From Candidatus Methanosuratincola verstraetei (GTDB lineage: Archaea; Thermoproteota; Methanomethylicia; Methanomethylicales; Methanomethylicaceae), in the NCBI GenBank assembly GCA_049570475.1, contig CP186953.1, positions 384,001 through 448,000 of the forward strand: a DNA stretch of 64,000 bases, written 5' to 3'. The notes under the pieces were generated by a model, which was given only the letters and a program-made list of their open reading frames with translations, was not told where the DNA came from and did not search any database. The position numbers and the translations under genes are program-made. How positions within the stretch are numbered: position 1 is the stretch's first letter; the number at the start of each line of letters is the position of its first letter. This document shows positions 18,046 to 27,373 of this stretch, piece after piece.

Positions 18046-18879
18046 ATGAGGAGCGAAAGGATCTGCTTTTACAGACCGAGCCCTGCAGTTGTCCCAGTAT
18101 CGATAACCGGCATGAGGTGCGAGCTTGATTGTCCCCACTGCAGGGGGAAGTACTTATCGGGAATGGCAAAGGCATCTATGCCCACAGACCTGATCAGGGC
18201 CTTCATAGCAGCCAAGAAGGGCGGTGCAAAGAGGCTGCTCATAACAGGCGGATTCGCGAAGTCAGGGAAGTTGCCCGTCGGGAATATGATCTCAGCGATA
18301 GAGGAGGGGAAGAGGAGGACGGGGATTAAGGTCAGCATGCATGGAGGGCTCCTCGACAAAGATACCATGGATAGGGTGGCAAAGGCAGGCGTCGACACTC
18401 TGCTGCTGGATGTAATCGGGAGCGAGCAGGCTGTCACTTGCTATCTGGGCGGCGGATGGAGCCTGAGGGGGTATGTGGATGCGCTTTCGAATGCAAAATC
18501 CATTTTTCCTCTTCTCGCCCCACATGTGCTGATAGGTATAGAGCAGGGCAAGATAATCGGCGAGTACAGGGCCATCGACATGATCGCAGAGGCGAAACCC
18601 GGCGCCTGTGCCATTCTCGTCATGACCGATGGGGAGACGCCCGATCCTGAAGAGGTGCAGAAGGTGATGGAATACGCGCGGGAGGGGCTTAAGTCTCACC
18701 TCAGCTTGGGCTGCATGAGGGGGAGGGGGAAAACCAGGATCATCTATGAGAGGATGGCGCTGGACCTGGGTTTCGACGGGATTGCGAACCCCTCACAGGA
18801 GGCTGTAGAGTATGCAAAGAGTTCAGGTCTGGAAGCCATGTGCGTAGAGGACTGCTGCGTCCACATGCCAGTGATCTAG
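18046..18879 (+). CDS. lipS1: Radical SAM lipoyl synthase subunit LipS1
   Basis: SITG..CELDCPHC, LITGG, PHVLIG, LGCMR and C-terminal CC motifs. Confidence 0.75.
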   Translation: MRSERICFYRPSPAVVPVSITGMRCELDCPHCRGKYLSGMAKASMPTDLIRAFIAAKKGGAKRLLITGGFAKSGKLPVGNMISAIEEGKRRTGIKVSMHGGLLDKDTMDRVAKAGVDTLLLDVIGSEQAVTCYLGGGWSLRGYVDALSNAKSIFPLLAPHVLIGIEQGKIIGEYRAIDMIAEAKPGACAILVMTDGETPDPEEVQKVMEYAREGLKSHLSLGCMRGRGKTRIIYERMALDLGFDGIANPSQEAVEYAKSSGLEAMCVEDCCVHMPVI

Positions 18880-19610
18880 GCGGGTCGCCCCACGGTGCTC
18901 AGGTATATGACCGACTCCTCCGTGCCGTCGAGACCCACCAGCTGGTTTACCTCGTCATCAAAGAATGCGGCGATCTGGCATGTACCTAGCCCCAACGATA
19001 CTGCTGCAAGAGCCAAGTTCTGGGCGAGATGCCCTGCCTCGAGGTAAACATAACGGTAAGCCCGATCCTTGTATTTCCATTTCGATCTCCCAAAGACTGC
19101 GGACCAGATAAAGACGCAAGGGGCTTCTGCACACATCGACTGCCCAAGAGAAGCGTGCGCCAAACCTTCCCCGAAATCCCCTTGTTTAACGATCTCGAGG
19201 CTATGCCTTCTGACTGAGTAGTGGTAGATCCCGTTTGAAAGACCGGAGCAGTTGTTCACCAGCAAATACGTCTCGATGGGGTACAGCGCACCTGCAGACG
19301 GGGCGGTCCTGAATTCATAGCCTTGAATCCGCCCCCGTATGCCCGTTGATGCCCAGAGCATGAAGGAGATCTGATCAAGCAAGACCGGCTCAGGTGCGTA
19401 CTCTCTGACGCTGCGCCTGTTTCTTACGCACCACTCAAGCGTGACACCAGGGGGCTGGAAAGCCGGCAGCCCGATCTCCACGACCCCGGGATATTCCTTG
19501 TATGGGGAGGGTTTCTGCGACCAATCAAGCATGCCTCCGCCAGGGCGATCCCGCCAGTATTTGGTCTCTTGCTGGAACAGGTACCCGATCTCATCAGGCA
19601 TCCTATCCAC
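18876..19610 (-). CDS. SagB/ThcOx-type nitroreductase family protein
   Basis: RRSVREY, RTAPSAGALYP, EAGHLAQN. Confidence 0.9.
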   Translation of the reverse strand: MDRMPDEIGYLFQQETKYWRDRPGGGMLDWSQKPSPYKEYPGVVEIGLPAFQPPGVTLEWCVRNRRSVREYAPEPVLLDQISFMLWASTGIRGRIQGYEFRTAPSAGALYPIETYLLVNNCSGLSNGIYHYSVRRHSLEIVKQGDFGEGLAHASLGQSMCAEAPCVFIWSAVFGRSKWKYKDRAYRYVYLEAGHLAQNLALAAVSLGLGTCQIAAFFDDEVNQLVGLDGTEESVIYLSTVGRPA

Positions 19611-19611
19611 C

Positions 19612-20145
19612 CTATACCCACTCTTTTTTTATTGAGAACTCCCATCTGCACCAGATGCCTTCGGGGTGAGGGTCGGGCGGGGCGAAGACGCACCTGGTCT
19701 CAAATCTTGGGTTGATCGTCTTCGCAAATGTCGAAAGGTGCGCCAAACCGACAGGCTTGCAAGCGAACTCTCCCTTTCCATCCCTTGTCCTTGCACGCTG
19801 CGGGCGGCACTTTGTGATGGTCATGACCAGGCGATCGCCAAGCAGCGCTGTCTTCAACCCTGAACAGGGGGCTATGCTTATCAGCTGGAGGGCCCTCTCC
19901 AGATCGGCTAACGTCCCTTCGGATATCCCAAGCAGCTCCTTGATCCGATTAGCCTCAGAGACTGCATACTGCTCCCACGCATGCCTGTCAAGATCGATTG
20001 CAGTTTCGATCCCGAATTTCTCCTCCGCGCCCAAGAACCAGTATCCATCGAGTGTGAGGAAGTTTTTCGAGAGGATCTCTATGTACCGTATAAGGTCCTC
20101 CCTTGTCATGGATTCCAGCATGCCTGAAGACAAGAAAGACACCAA
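19612..20145 (-). CDS. DUF6125-like protein (V4R/HNOX-like fold)
   Basis: DGYWFLGAEEKFG, CRPQ.AR, FACK, C..PPD.HP...WCRWEF. Confidence 0.65.
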   Translation of the reverse strand: MVSFLSSGMLESMTREDLIRYIEILSKNFLTLDGYWFLGAEEKFGIETAIDLDRHAWEQYAVSEANRIKELLGISEGTLADLERALQLISIAPCSGLKTALLGDRLVMTITKCRPQRARTRDGKGEFACKPVGLAHLSTFAKTINPRFETRCVFAPPDPHPEGIWCRWEFSIKKEWV

Positions 20146-20191
20146 GAATATGGTGATCCCCTTGGCTCAAAAGCGTTTCCAAATTGGCGGA

Positions 20192-20812
20192 TCATTTGAT
20201 CCTAGATATATGGCGGCTGAAGGACCTTATAAACAACCAGAGGGCAAGCCCTATTGCCATGTAGACCAGGGATATGGTGAAAGAGGCGAAGAAAGCCACC
20301 GGGCTGGAGCTGAAAATGACCAAGTAAGCCAAGAAAGAGATCACGAAGGAAGTGGCGACGGCGGCCTTGACGACATCCTTGAAGCTCCTGAACAAAAATG
20401 CCGAGGCTATCCCAAAGAGGATCCCCATCCCGAATATGTGGAATGGGTAAACGTACTGATTTACAACGAAATACAATGAACCCGCCACTGCGGAGAATAT
20501 CGCCCAAAGATATCCAAACCCCGCTGAGTGTCCCGTTGTTGGCATCTGAGCCTCGACAGCTGCTTCACCCCCGAGGTATTGGGTGGCAAGAGGAGTCGCG
20601 CGGTAGTAGTAAACCCTGTCCCGCATTTCCCGTGAGATCAATCCAAGCCTAAGCAACATCGAAAGGTGCGATTCCACAGTGCTCCGGGACCGGTTAACGG
20701 CAGAGGCTATCTCATCACCTGTGAGCTCGTCCTTGATGAGTGCGGCTACGATCTCATACCTTGTCCTCTCGCCCAGTGCATCCATAACTTCGCGCCGGCG
20801 ATCTTCTTCCAT
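20192..20812 (-). CDS. ArsR-type wHTH regulator fused to a membrane domain
   Basis: ALGERTRYEIV...SRSTVESHLSMLLRLGLI followed by about 4 TM helices. Confidence 0.8.
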   Translation of the reverse strand: MEEDRRREVMDALGERTRYEIVAALIKDELTGDEIASAVNRSRSTVESHLSMLLRLGLISREMRDRVYYYRATPLATQYLGGEAAVEAQMPTTGHSAGFGYLWAIFSAVAGSLYFVVNQYVYPFHIFGMGILFGIASAFLFRSFKDVVKAAVATSFVISFLAYLVIFSSSPVAFFASFTISLVYMAIGLALWLFIRSFSRHISRIK

Positions 20813-20860
20813 GATCGGAATAGCGCGCGTACCGCTTATCTAACTTTCTTCAATGCACTC

Positions 20861-20916
20861 CGGTTTTTCTAGAAAAATCGAATCGGCGTGAGCCTTAAGA
20901 TTGCTTAAATTCGCCG
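20861..20916. promoter_or_regulatory. Inverted repeats in divergent intergenic region (candidate operator)
   Basis: Perfect palindrome TTTTTCTAGAAAAA at 20864-20877; TTAAG-n4-CTTAA at 20895-20908. Confidence 0.4.
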
Positions 20917-20946
20917 GGTGTCGAGGTTTTTTGGAAGGACCCGAAG

Positions 20947-21564
20947 ATGGCCTTTTGGTCTTCGTTGCTGAAGTGGCTAATAATCGGCACGCTACTCGTG
21001 GTTTTTCCATGGACAATACCAATGGCCGGGTTGTACCTATTGGTCAAGTCAGGAATACTCAGGAAAATGGGGGGTCGGATGAATGAGCTGTGGAGAAGAG
21101 GCAGGGTATTCGAGAGGGTATTCGACTGGAAGGCCCGTAGCTGCAAGGAACTCAGGAAAGAGAGCTTTGCATTGGACTATTACATCCCCAGCAGTGCATC
21201 GCCATATGTGATACTCCCCAAGGGGGCTGGATTCATCTGCATCTCCTCATTCAGCATAAAGGACAAGTCCAGGTCGCCTGAAGCATGCAAGACGGCAGTG
21301 AGCGGAGTGCTGAAGTCGCTCGGGGGCGGGGATCGGACAATATCTTTCGTCGGGACCCTAACAGATGAAGGGGACTTCCTGAACAGCATGCAAATCGCAT
21401 CCAAGCACGGACCTTCCATCAAGGCTGAATTCGAGAGGGCCGGAATCGAGCATATGAAACTACTCGAGATCGCCAGAAATGTGGTCGCCTCGACCTCCCC
21501 GACAACCAGTCTTGAGATCCACAGGGGCAAAGACATCATACTTAAACCGATGGTGATGGCATGA
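20947..21564 (+). CDS. Hypothetical protein with N-terminal membrane anchor
   Basis: Hydrophobic N-terminus; ATGA overlap with the next gene. Confidence 0.7.
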   Translation: MAFWSSLLKWLIIGTLLVVFPWTIPMAGLYLLVKSGILRKMGGRMNELWRRGRVFERVFDWKARSCKELRKESFALDYYIPSSASPYVILPKGAGFICISSFSIKDKSRSPEACKTAVSGVLKSLGGGDRTISFVGTLTDEGDFLNSMQIASKHGPSIKAEFERAGIEHMKLLEIARNVVASTSPTTSLEIHRGKDIILKPMVMA

Positions 21565-22931
21565 AGCTCTTAGAGGAAGCTGGGGGCGCACTAGAGGGGA
21601 TTTTTTCCGAAATGGCGGGCATCGGAAGGATGCACCCTTGCGACTGCATCTCGGGGGAGTTCGGTCTTGGAAGGGACGAGCTGAAGAGGTGCTGCATAAC
21701 CGGAATCGGCCCCGAGAGGTCTGAGGTCGGAATGGAGCTCGCACTCAGGTGCTCCGAGGCAGGCGAGAAGCTCCTTATCATAGACATGACAGGGGACTAC
21801 ACTGGTCTTGTGAGCTACATCCCATCACTGAGAGTATATCGGGCAGGAAGGAACTTCCAAGCAAACCCTTTCAGTGCATCACGAAGGGGGTTCCCCGAGC
21901 TGATAGCCGCATCCGTCCAAGCAGTTCTGAAGACAACAAGAACCGAGAGGTTCTACCTGGAGAGGGCTCTGCTCCTGTCGCTATCGCAGGGGGAAGAGAG
22001 GCCCAAGCCCTCAGATCTGCTCGAAAGGCTGCTCCAGATCGAGGCGGAGGCGCATCCGAGGCAGGGGCTGAGCATAGACTCGGTCAGGAATGTGCTCTGG
22101 GAGCTGCAGGCTTTTGACCGCCTGATCCCGCAGGAGGTGCGTCCCCCTGCCCTGATCGACCTCTCCAAGGCTTCTTCTATCAGAGTCGGCAGACTGGCAG
22201 CGATTGATCTCTTCCTGAACCTTGGGTCCCTAGATTTGACAGGGGTAGTGATCGACCCAGCCGACAGGATCTTCGCCCATGATGCGCCGGAGGAGCTGTC
22301 CGAGGCATTGGAGGCGAGCGCAGACGAACTGGCAAGGAGGGGGGCTTTGCTAATAATTGCGGTCTCAACAAATTCCCTTGTTCCCCGGTGGATTACAGAT
22401 ACGCTGACTTCAGAGATCGTCTGTACGACTGTTTCGCATGGGAATAGACAAGCTCCGGAACGCAGAACTCAGGCGCCTTGCGCTTGCGGGTCTAATTTTG
22501 GCCAAGAGCCGCTGCTCATCGTTTCGCGATACTCGGATGCAATGCAACCAGTCAGTATAAGGAGAACCGGATTCAAGCCTGTCGGAGATGAGGAAATCGA
22601 GATGCATATGAGAAGCCTGGGCGAAGATTTCAAGATGCACATTGAGGTCGAGAAGAAGGCCACCCTCCTGGAGAAGATCTTTGCCGACAAAGCGATGCAT
22701 CAGACTGCCAAGGAACTCATGGCCATGATAAGGGGAGGGAGAGTCCCAGTCGATGCGGTCTCCAAACAGCGGAGCGGCACCCTGAAGAGAGTCGTCAAGA
22801 TGCTCTCAAGGCACTTCTTGATAATCGAGTTTGCCGACGGGAATGGGATTAACTGGTACAGGCTGACAAAGGCCGGAGAACGGGCCCTTGATGAGGAGGA
22901 GTGTGAAAATGAGAGTGAAGTACGTGTCTGA
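21561..22931 (+). CDS. Degenerate HerA/VirB4 (DUF87)-like ATPase with C-terminal wHTH
   Basis: LLIIDMTGDY...ANPF DUF87 pattern; Walker A reads GIGPERSE and Walker B VVIDPAD; C-terminal YRLTKAG. Confidence 0.65.
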   Translation: MKLLEEAGGALEGIFSEMAGIGRMHPCDCISGEFGLGRDELKRCCITGIGPERSEVGMELALRCSEAGEKLLIIDMTGDYTGLVSYIPSLRVYRAGRNFQANPFSASRRGFPELIAASVQAVLKTTRTERFYLERALLLSLSQGEERPKPSDLLERLLQIEAEAHPRQGLSIDSVRNVLWELQAFDRLIPQEVRPPALIDLSKASSIRVGRLAAIDLFLNLGSLDLTGVVIDPADRIFAHDAPEELSEALEASADELARRGALLIIAVSTNSLVPRWITDTLTSEIVCTTVSHGNRQAPERRTQAPCACGSNFGQEPLLIVSRYSDAMQPVSIRRTGFKPVGDEEIEMHMRSLGEDFKMHIEVEKKATLLEKIFADKAMHQTAKELMAMIRGGRVPVDAVSKQRSGTLKRVVKMLSRHFLIIEFADGNGINWYRLTKAGERALDEEECENESEVRV

Positions 22932-23220
22932 AAATAGGATCTACTGGAGCCTGGGCAGGGGTCACGGCGACCGAGTTGTTGGCGTCGAGGTTTCTGCATT
23001 AGGCGAGGACAGGGTAAGAAGAACAGTTTTTTCGAGAGGCAAGTTTGGGAGGGAGGAGAAGATAAACGAGGAGGAGTATAGCGTCGAGGAGTTTTTGGAA
23101 ATACTCGAGGCGGAGAGTGCTATCCTCAAAAGAAAAGACCCCGCCGGGGATGGGGATGGCGGTAAGGAGCTGATCCTGCGCGCGATCGAGATCTTGAGGA
23201 GGGTCTACAATGGGCTATGA
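22909..23220 (+). CDS. Hypothetical protein
   Basis: Overlaps both neighbours; GGAG RBS before ATG 22909. Confidence 0.65.
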   Translation: MRVKYVSENRIYWSLGRGHGDRVVGVEVSALGEDRVRRTVFSRGKFGREEKINEEEYSVEEFLEILEAESAILKRKDPAGDGDGGKELILRAIEILRRVYNGL

Positions 23221-24175
23221 AGACAGAGATGGGCTAGAGCTGGAGGATTTACCAGGGATAGGATCTGCAACTGCAGAGAGGCTGAGAAAGGCAGGGATTA
23301 AAACAGTTAAGGATCTTGCCTGCATCCCGGCGAGGGAGCTTGAAGAGATAAGCGAGCTGGCTGAGGGGAGGGCAGGCGAGGCTGTGAGGAACGCCAGGGA
23401 AGCAGTTTTTCCGAAGGTTATGACCGCCAGGGAATATCTTGAGAAGAGGAAGGGCATCCAATTCCTGACAACTGGGACGAAGAATCTGGACCTCCTGCTT
23501 TGCGGCGGCCTGGAGCCAGGGATCACAGAGCTCATAGGTGCATACGGCACGGGGAAGACTCAGATCTGCCTCCAGCTCTGCCTTACCGTGCAGCTGACTC
23601 GAAATCGGGGAGGGCTGGACGGGGCGGCTTTCTACATAGACACAGAGGACACTTTCAAGCCTGAGAGGCTTTACCCTATTGCAAATGCGCTCGGTCTCGA
23701 GGGTGACCAGATACTGGATCGCGTGCACGTATTCAGGGCCATCAACTCTGATCACCAGTTCGAGGGACTGAGGGTAGCACAGGAGTATGTTGTGGAGAAG
23801 AAAGCAAACCTGATTATCGTTGATTCGCTCACAGCCCACTTCCGTGCAGAGTACTCTGGGAGAGAAAATTTGGTAACGAGGCAACAGAGGCTAAACACGT
23901 TCATACACCAGCTCCAGAGGATCTCGACAATGCACGATGCCATAATAGTTGTCACAAACCAGATCTTGGATGTCCCCGAGGTCATACCAGGGGTGAAGCC
24001 TGCGAGACCTGCAGGAGGGAATGTTGTGGCGCACGGCTGCACGTTCCGGCTTTGGCTGGAGAGATCAAAGGGCATGACTAAGGTCAGTGTGATCGACTCC
24101 CCGAAGCACCCCAGGAGCTCGACCTGGGTTATGCTAAGCGAGGCAGGGGTGAAGGACTCGGAAGTTCCAAAGTGA
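23210..24175 (+). CDS. radA: RadA/Rad51-family recombinase (full length, divergent; possibly a paralog)
   Basis: N-terminal HhH LEDLPGIG, Walker A GAYGTGKT, YIDTEDTF, IIVDS, FRAEYSGR, VTNQ, GGNVVAH. Confidence 0.85.
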   Translation: MGYEDRDGLELEDLPGIGSATAERLRKAGIKTVKDLACIPARELEEISELAEGRAGEAVRNAREAVFPKVMTAREYLEKRKGIQFLTTGTKNLDLLLCGGLEPGITELIGAYGTGKTQICLQLCLTVQLTRNRGGLDGAAFYIDTEDTFKPERLYPIANALGLEGDQILDRVHVFRAINSDHQFEGLRVAQEYVVEKKANLIIVDSLTAHFRAEYSGRENLVTRQQRLNTFIHQLQRISTMHDAIIVVTNQILDVPEVIPGVKPARPAGGNVVAHGCTFRLWLERSKGMTKVSVIDSPKHPRSSTWVMLSEAGVKDSEVPK

Positions 24176-24181
24176 TCCGGG

Positions 24182-24688
24182 ATGAGACCCCAGGATTCAT
24201 ACTCCACAGATCCAAGGGTTAGGCAGACATTGCTCCTGCGTGGGGACAGAAATGCAGCTAGGGGGGTTGCTCTCAGGGCGTGCATAGAGAGGGGGCGCTT
24301 GGGGGAAAGGGCGATCTACCTGCAGCAGAGGCTTATGGCGGTTGACGAGACGGCCCTGCGTTCAATGGTCGGCCCTGAAAATTTGATGCTAGGGGTTTTC
24401 GAGTCCTTGGGCGAGGTCGCACCCTTGATCTCTGCGATAAAGCCCGCCATTGCCGTGATTGACCCTGTGAACGGACTCAGCAGCGGGTACCTTTCTCTTA
24501 GGCGGCTTGCTTTGGATCTCTTCGAAATGGCAACCGCAGCGGAGAGGATCAAGGCAAGCCTAATACTGCTCTGCGACATGACGGATCGGAGCGGGGAAAA
24601 GGTGCCTAGGCACTACAGCCTGATCCGCAAGTTCTGTGACTGCGAAATGGAGGTCAGGGCTGATGGAAATGACGGGCAGAGGGGTTGA
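24182..24688 (+). CDS. Degenerate RecA-fold (RadB/RadC-like) protein
   Basis: TLLLRG (P-loop lacking GKT), RAIYL, IAVID Walker B-like, LILL strand. Confidence 0.5.
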   Translation: MRPQDSYSTDPRVRQTLLLRGDRNAARGVALRACIERGRLGERAIYLQQRLMAVDETALRSMVGPENLMLGVFESLGEVAPLISAIKPAIAVIDPVNGLSSGYLSLRRLALDLFEMATAAERIKASLILLCDMTDRSGEKVPRHYSLIRKFCDCEMEVRADGNDGQRG

Positions 24689-24755
24689 AGGACTGAGTGA
24701 GTCGTCGGATGGCAGCAAAAAAGGAAATGATGGGAAAGGGCTGAGGGTAAAGGGG

Positions 24756-27149
24756 CTATTCCAGCAGTTCAAACCCGTTGTTCTTGCTGGACTTGACTAG
24801 GCGCTCCATCAGCACCTTCCGCTCAACGCCAGCTACAACTTTCCTTGTCCATACGACCATGTCAGGGTTCGCGCTAATGCTATCAATGCCAGCCCTTACC
24901 AGCGTCTCTGTGAGGTCGGGGTAAACGCTCGGTCCCTGCCCGCAGATGCTGACAGTGACGCCATGCGAGTGCGCCACTTTTATGAGGTGCATGATTGCCC
25001 TGATTACAGCCGGATCCCTCTCGTCGAAGTACCTCGAGTCCTGCGCAGGGAGTATGGGCGAGTCCCTGTCGACGCCCAGGATGAGCTGCGTAAGGTCGTT
25101 GCTGCCAACGCTGAAACCGTCGCAGAGCCTAGAGAACTCGTCAGCCATGAATACTATCGATGGGATCTCAGCCATGAGCCATACCTTGAAGTCGCGATCC
25201 CTCTGCAGACCCTCCTCCTTCATTATATTCAGGCACGACTCGACTTCCCATGTAGTCCTAACGAACGGCAACATCACCCAGACGTTCTTCAGGCCCCATT
25301 CGTCCCTCACCCGCTTTATCGCCCTGCACTCTAGCCTGAAGGCGGGCGAATAAACGTCTGAAACATAGCGGCTGACACCCCTCCACCCTATCATCGGGTT
25401 TGCTTCCTGCGGCTCAAACTTGTCGCCGCCGACAAGCTGTCGGTACTCGTTGGTCTTGAAGTCGCTGAACCTCACAACAAGCGGCCGCGGGTGTATCTCC
25501 CTTGCAACCTTCGAGATTCCAGTAGCGAGCTTGTCGATGAACTTCTCATCCTGCTTTGTCTCTATCAAGTGCAGGGGGTGCTCACCTATTACATCAGCGA
25601 TTATGAACTCAACCCGCATCAGCCCAATCCCATCGAACGGCAGATCGCGGTACTTGTCGATCATCCCAGGCTCCCCGAGGTTCATGTATATCTTGGTCGC
25701 AGTCGGGTAGTAGGACTCGACACTTAGCGCTGCCTTCGTTGGGACCACGGGCTTCTTTTCCTCGGGGCCGATCAGGTCTCCTTCATAGACGACACCGTGG
25801 GTTGCATCAACTGTTATCACTTGCCCTGTTTTGAGGATCTTTGTTGCCTCCTTTGTCCCCACTATGCATGGAATGCCCAACTCCCTGCTCACTATCGCAG
25901 CGTGGCAGGTCTTGCCTCCGCTGTCGGTGATTATCGCAAGGGCCTTCCGCATTGCAGGGGCCCAGTCTGGCGATGTCATCTCAGTGACCAGTATCTCGCC
26001 TGCCTGGAACTCCCGGATATGTTTCGTGTCCATTATTACGTGCGCCTTTCCCGACACTAGCCCTGGAGATGCAGGGACGCCTCTCAAGAGGCGCTTGACC
26101 CCGCTGTCCATATGGTCCATCTTTTTGCCTTCAGGCTTGGTTTCAACCTTCATCGACCAGACAGTCTCGGGCCTTGCCTGGACTATGTACAGCTTCTTGT
26201 CGTAAGAGTCCAGTGCCCACTCTATGTCCATCCCCATACCGTAGTGTTTCTCTATCTCCACCGCAAATTTTGCGAGCTCAAGAACCTGCTCGTCAGAGAT
26301 GCATGGTGCCCCGACACGCTCCGGTGGGACGGGGGTCTCTTTGAGGAAGCCCTCGCCGCTATCGGATGGGGAACGTATTGCCATCTTTTCCTTCCTTGAA
26401 ATGTTCCTATCGATTATCGTCATTGTCTTTTTGTCAACCGTCCATTCATCTGGGCTTACCTTGCCCTGGACGATCATCTCGCCGATACCCCACGTGCCCT
26501 CGATAACTACTACATCGCGGTTCCCCGTCGTTGGGTCCAGCGTAAACATGACCCCTGAGGATTCGCTATCGACCATCTTCTGCACTGCAACGCTGAGATA
26601 AACCTTCATGTCATCGAAACCCTTCTCCTTCCTGTATGCGATCGCCCTCGGGGTGAATAGGGATGAGAAGCATTTTATCACATACTTTAGGAGGGCATCC
26701 TTCCCAGAGACGAAAAGGTAAGTGTCCTGCTGCCCAGCGAAGCTCGCACCTGGCAGGTCTTCTGCAGTGGCGCTGCTCCTGACTGCGACCGGAGGATCTT
26801 TGACCTTCAGCATACTGCCCAGTTTCTGGTAAGCCGCGACTATCTCTTCTACCAGCTCGACCGGGAGGGGTGCAGACTCAATTATTGACCTGATCTCTCT
26901 GGAGGAGGATTCCAGTGAGTCGCTATCAGTGATATCCATCCTGGAGAGCACTTCCTTAATCCTGTCTCGTAAGTTGTTCCTGTTTATGTGCAGCTTGTAA
27001 GCCTCAGCAGTTATGGCAAACCCAGGAGGGACAGGCACGCCGAAAGACAAGAGTTCCCCAAGATTTGCACACTTTCCACCGACAAGAGGGATGTCGTCCT
27101 TCTTTAATGAGTCAAAAAAGATTATGTATGATGATCTGGAACCAGCCAT
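24756..27149 (-). CDS. ppsA: Phosphoenolpyruvate synthase
   Basis: VGGKCANLGEL, VAVRSSATAED, phospho-His motif TCHAAIVSRE, SNDLTQL; ATG 27149 preferred. Confidence 0.95.
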   Translation of the reverse strand: MAGSRSSYIIFFDSLKKDDIPLVGGKCANLGELLSFGVPVPPGFAITAEAYKLHINRNNLRDRIKEVLSRMDITDSDSLESSSREIRSIIESAPLPVELVEEIVAAYQKLGSMLKVKDPPVAVRSSATAEDLPGASFAGQQDTYLFVSGKDALLKYVIKCFSSLFTPRAIAYRKEKGFDDMKVYLSVAVQKMVDSESSGVMFTLDPTTGNRDVVVIEGTWGIGEMIVQGKVSPDEWTVDKKTMTIIDRNISRKEKMAIRSPSDSGEGFLKETPVPPERVGAPCISDEQVLELAKFAVEIEKHYGMGMDIEWALDSYDKKLYIVQARPETVWSMKVETKPEGKKMDHMDSGVKRLLRGVPASPGLVSGKAHVIMDTKHIREFQAGEILVTEMTSPDWAPAMRKALAIITDSGGKTCHAAIVSRELGIPCIVGTKEATKILKTGQVITVDATHGVVYEGDLIGPEEKKPVVPTKAALSVESYYPTATKIYMNLGEPGMIDKYRDLPFDGIGLMRVEFIIADVIGEHPLHLIETKQDEKFIDKLATGISKVAREIHPRPLVVRFSDFKTNEYRQLVGGDKFEPQEANPMIGWRGVSRYVSDVYSPAFRLECRAIKRVRDEWGLKNVWVMLPFVRTTWEVESCLNIMKEEGLQRDRDFKVWLMAEIPSIVFMADEFSRLCDGFSVGSNDLTQLILGVDRDSPILPAQDSRYFDERDPAVIRAIMHLIKVAHSHGVTVSICGQGPSVYPDLTETLVRAGIDSISANPDMVVWTRKVVAGVERKVLMERLVKSSKNNGFELLE

Positions 27150-27315
27150 CGACAGCACCTTAAATCGATTAGGGGCGCGTATCACTATTAATATTTTTGG
27201 TCAGTTTGCAACAGAGTTACAGATTTTGAGGCGGTCTATAACACAAGCAAAAAGATTTCCGAAAAATTTCTGCTTCGCTGGCAGGGATTGCAATCAATAA
27301 GCTACCAACATACTT

Positions 27316-27339
27316 ATATTAATTAATATCGATATTAAT
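27316..27339. promoter_or_regulatory. Overlapping AT-rich palindromes between divergent ppsA and Lrp gene
   Basis: ATATTAATTAATAT (27316-27329) and ATTAATATCGATATTAAT (27322-27339). Confidence 0.4.
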
Positions 27340-27373
27340 AGTAATAAAACTTCAATATATTAAGGTAGGATCT

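Noticed and set aside
18876-19610. RiPP (thiazole/oxazole) cluster suggested by the SagB-like gene
   Set aside because: No YcaO, precursor peptide or transporter nearby; stand-alone SagB-like nitroreductases are common in archaea.
27186-27373. Replication origin in the AT-rich gap
   Set aside because: No ORB repeats and no adjacent cdc6/orc1 gene.
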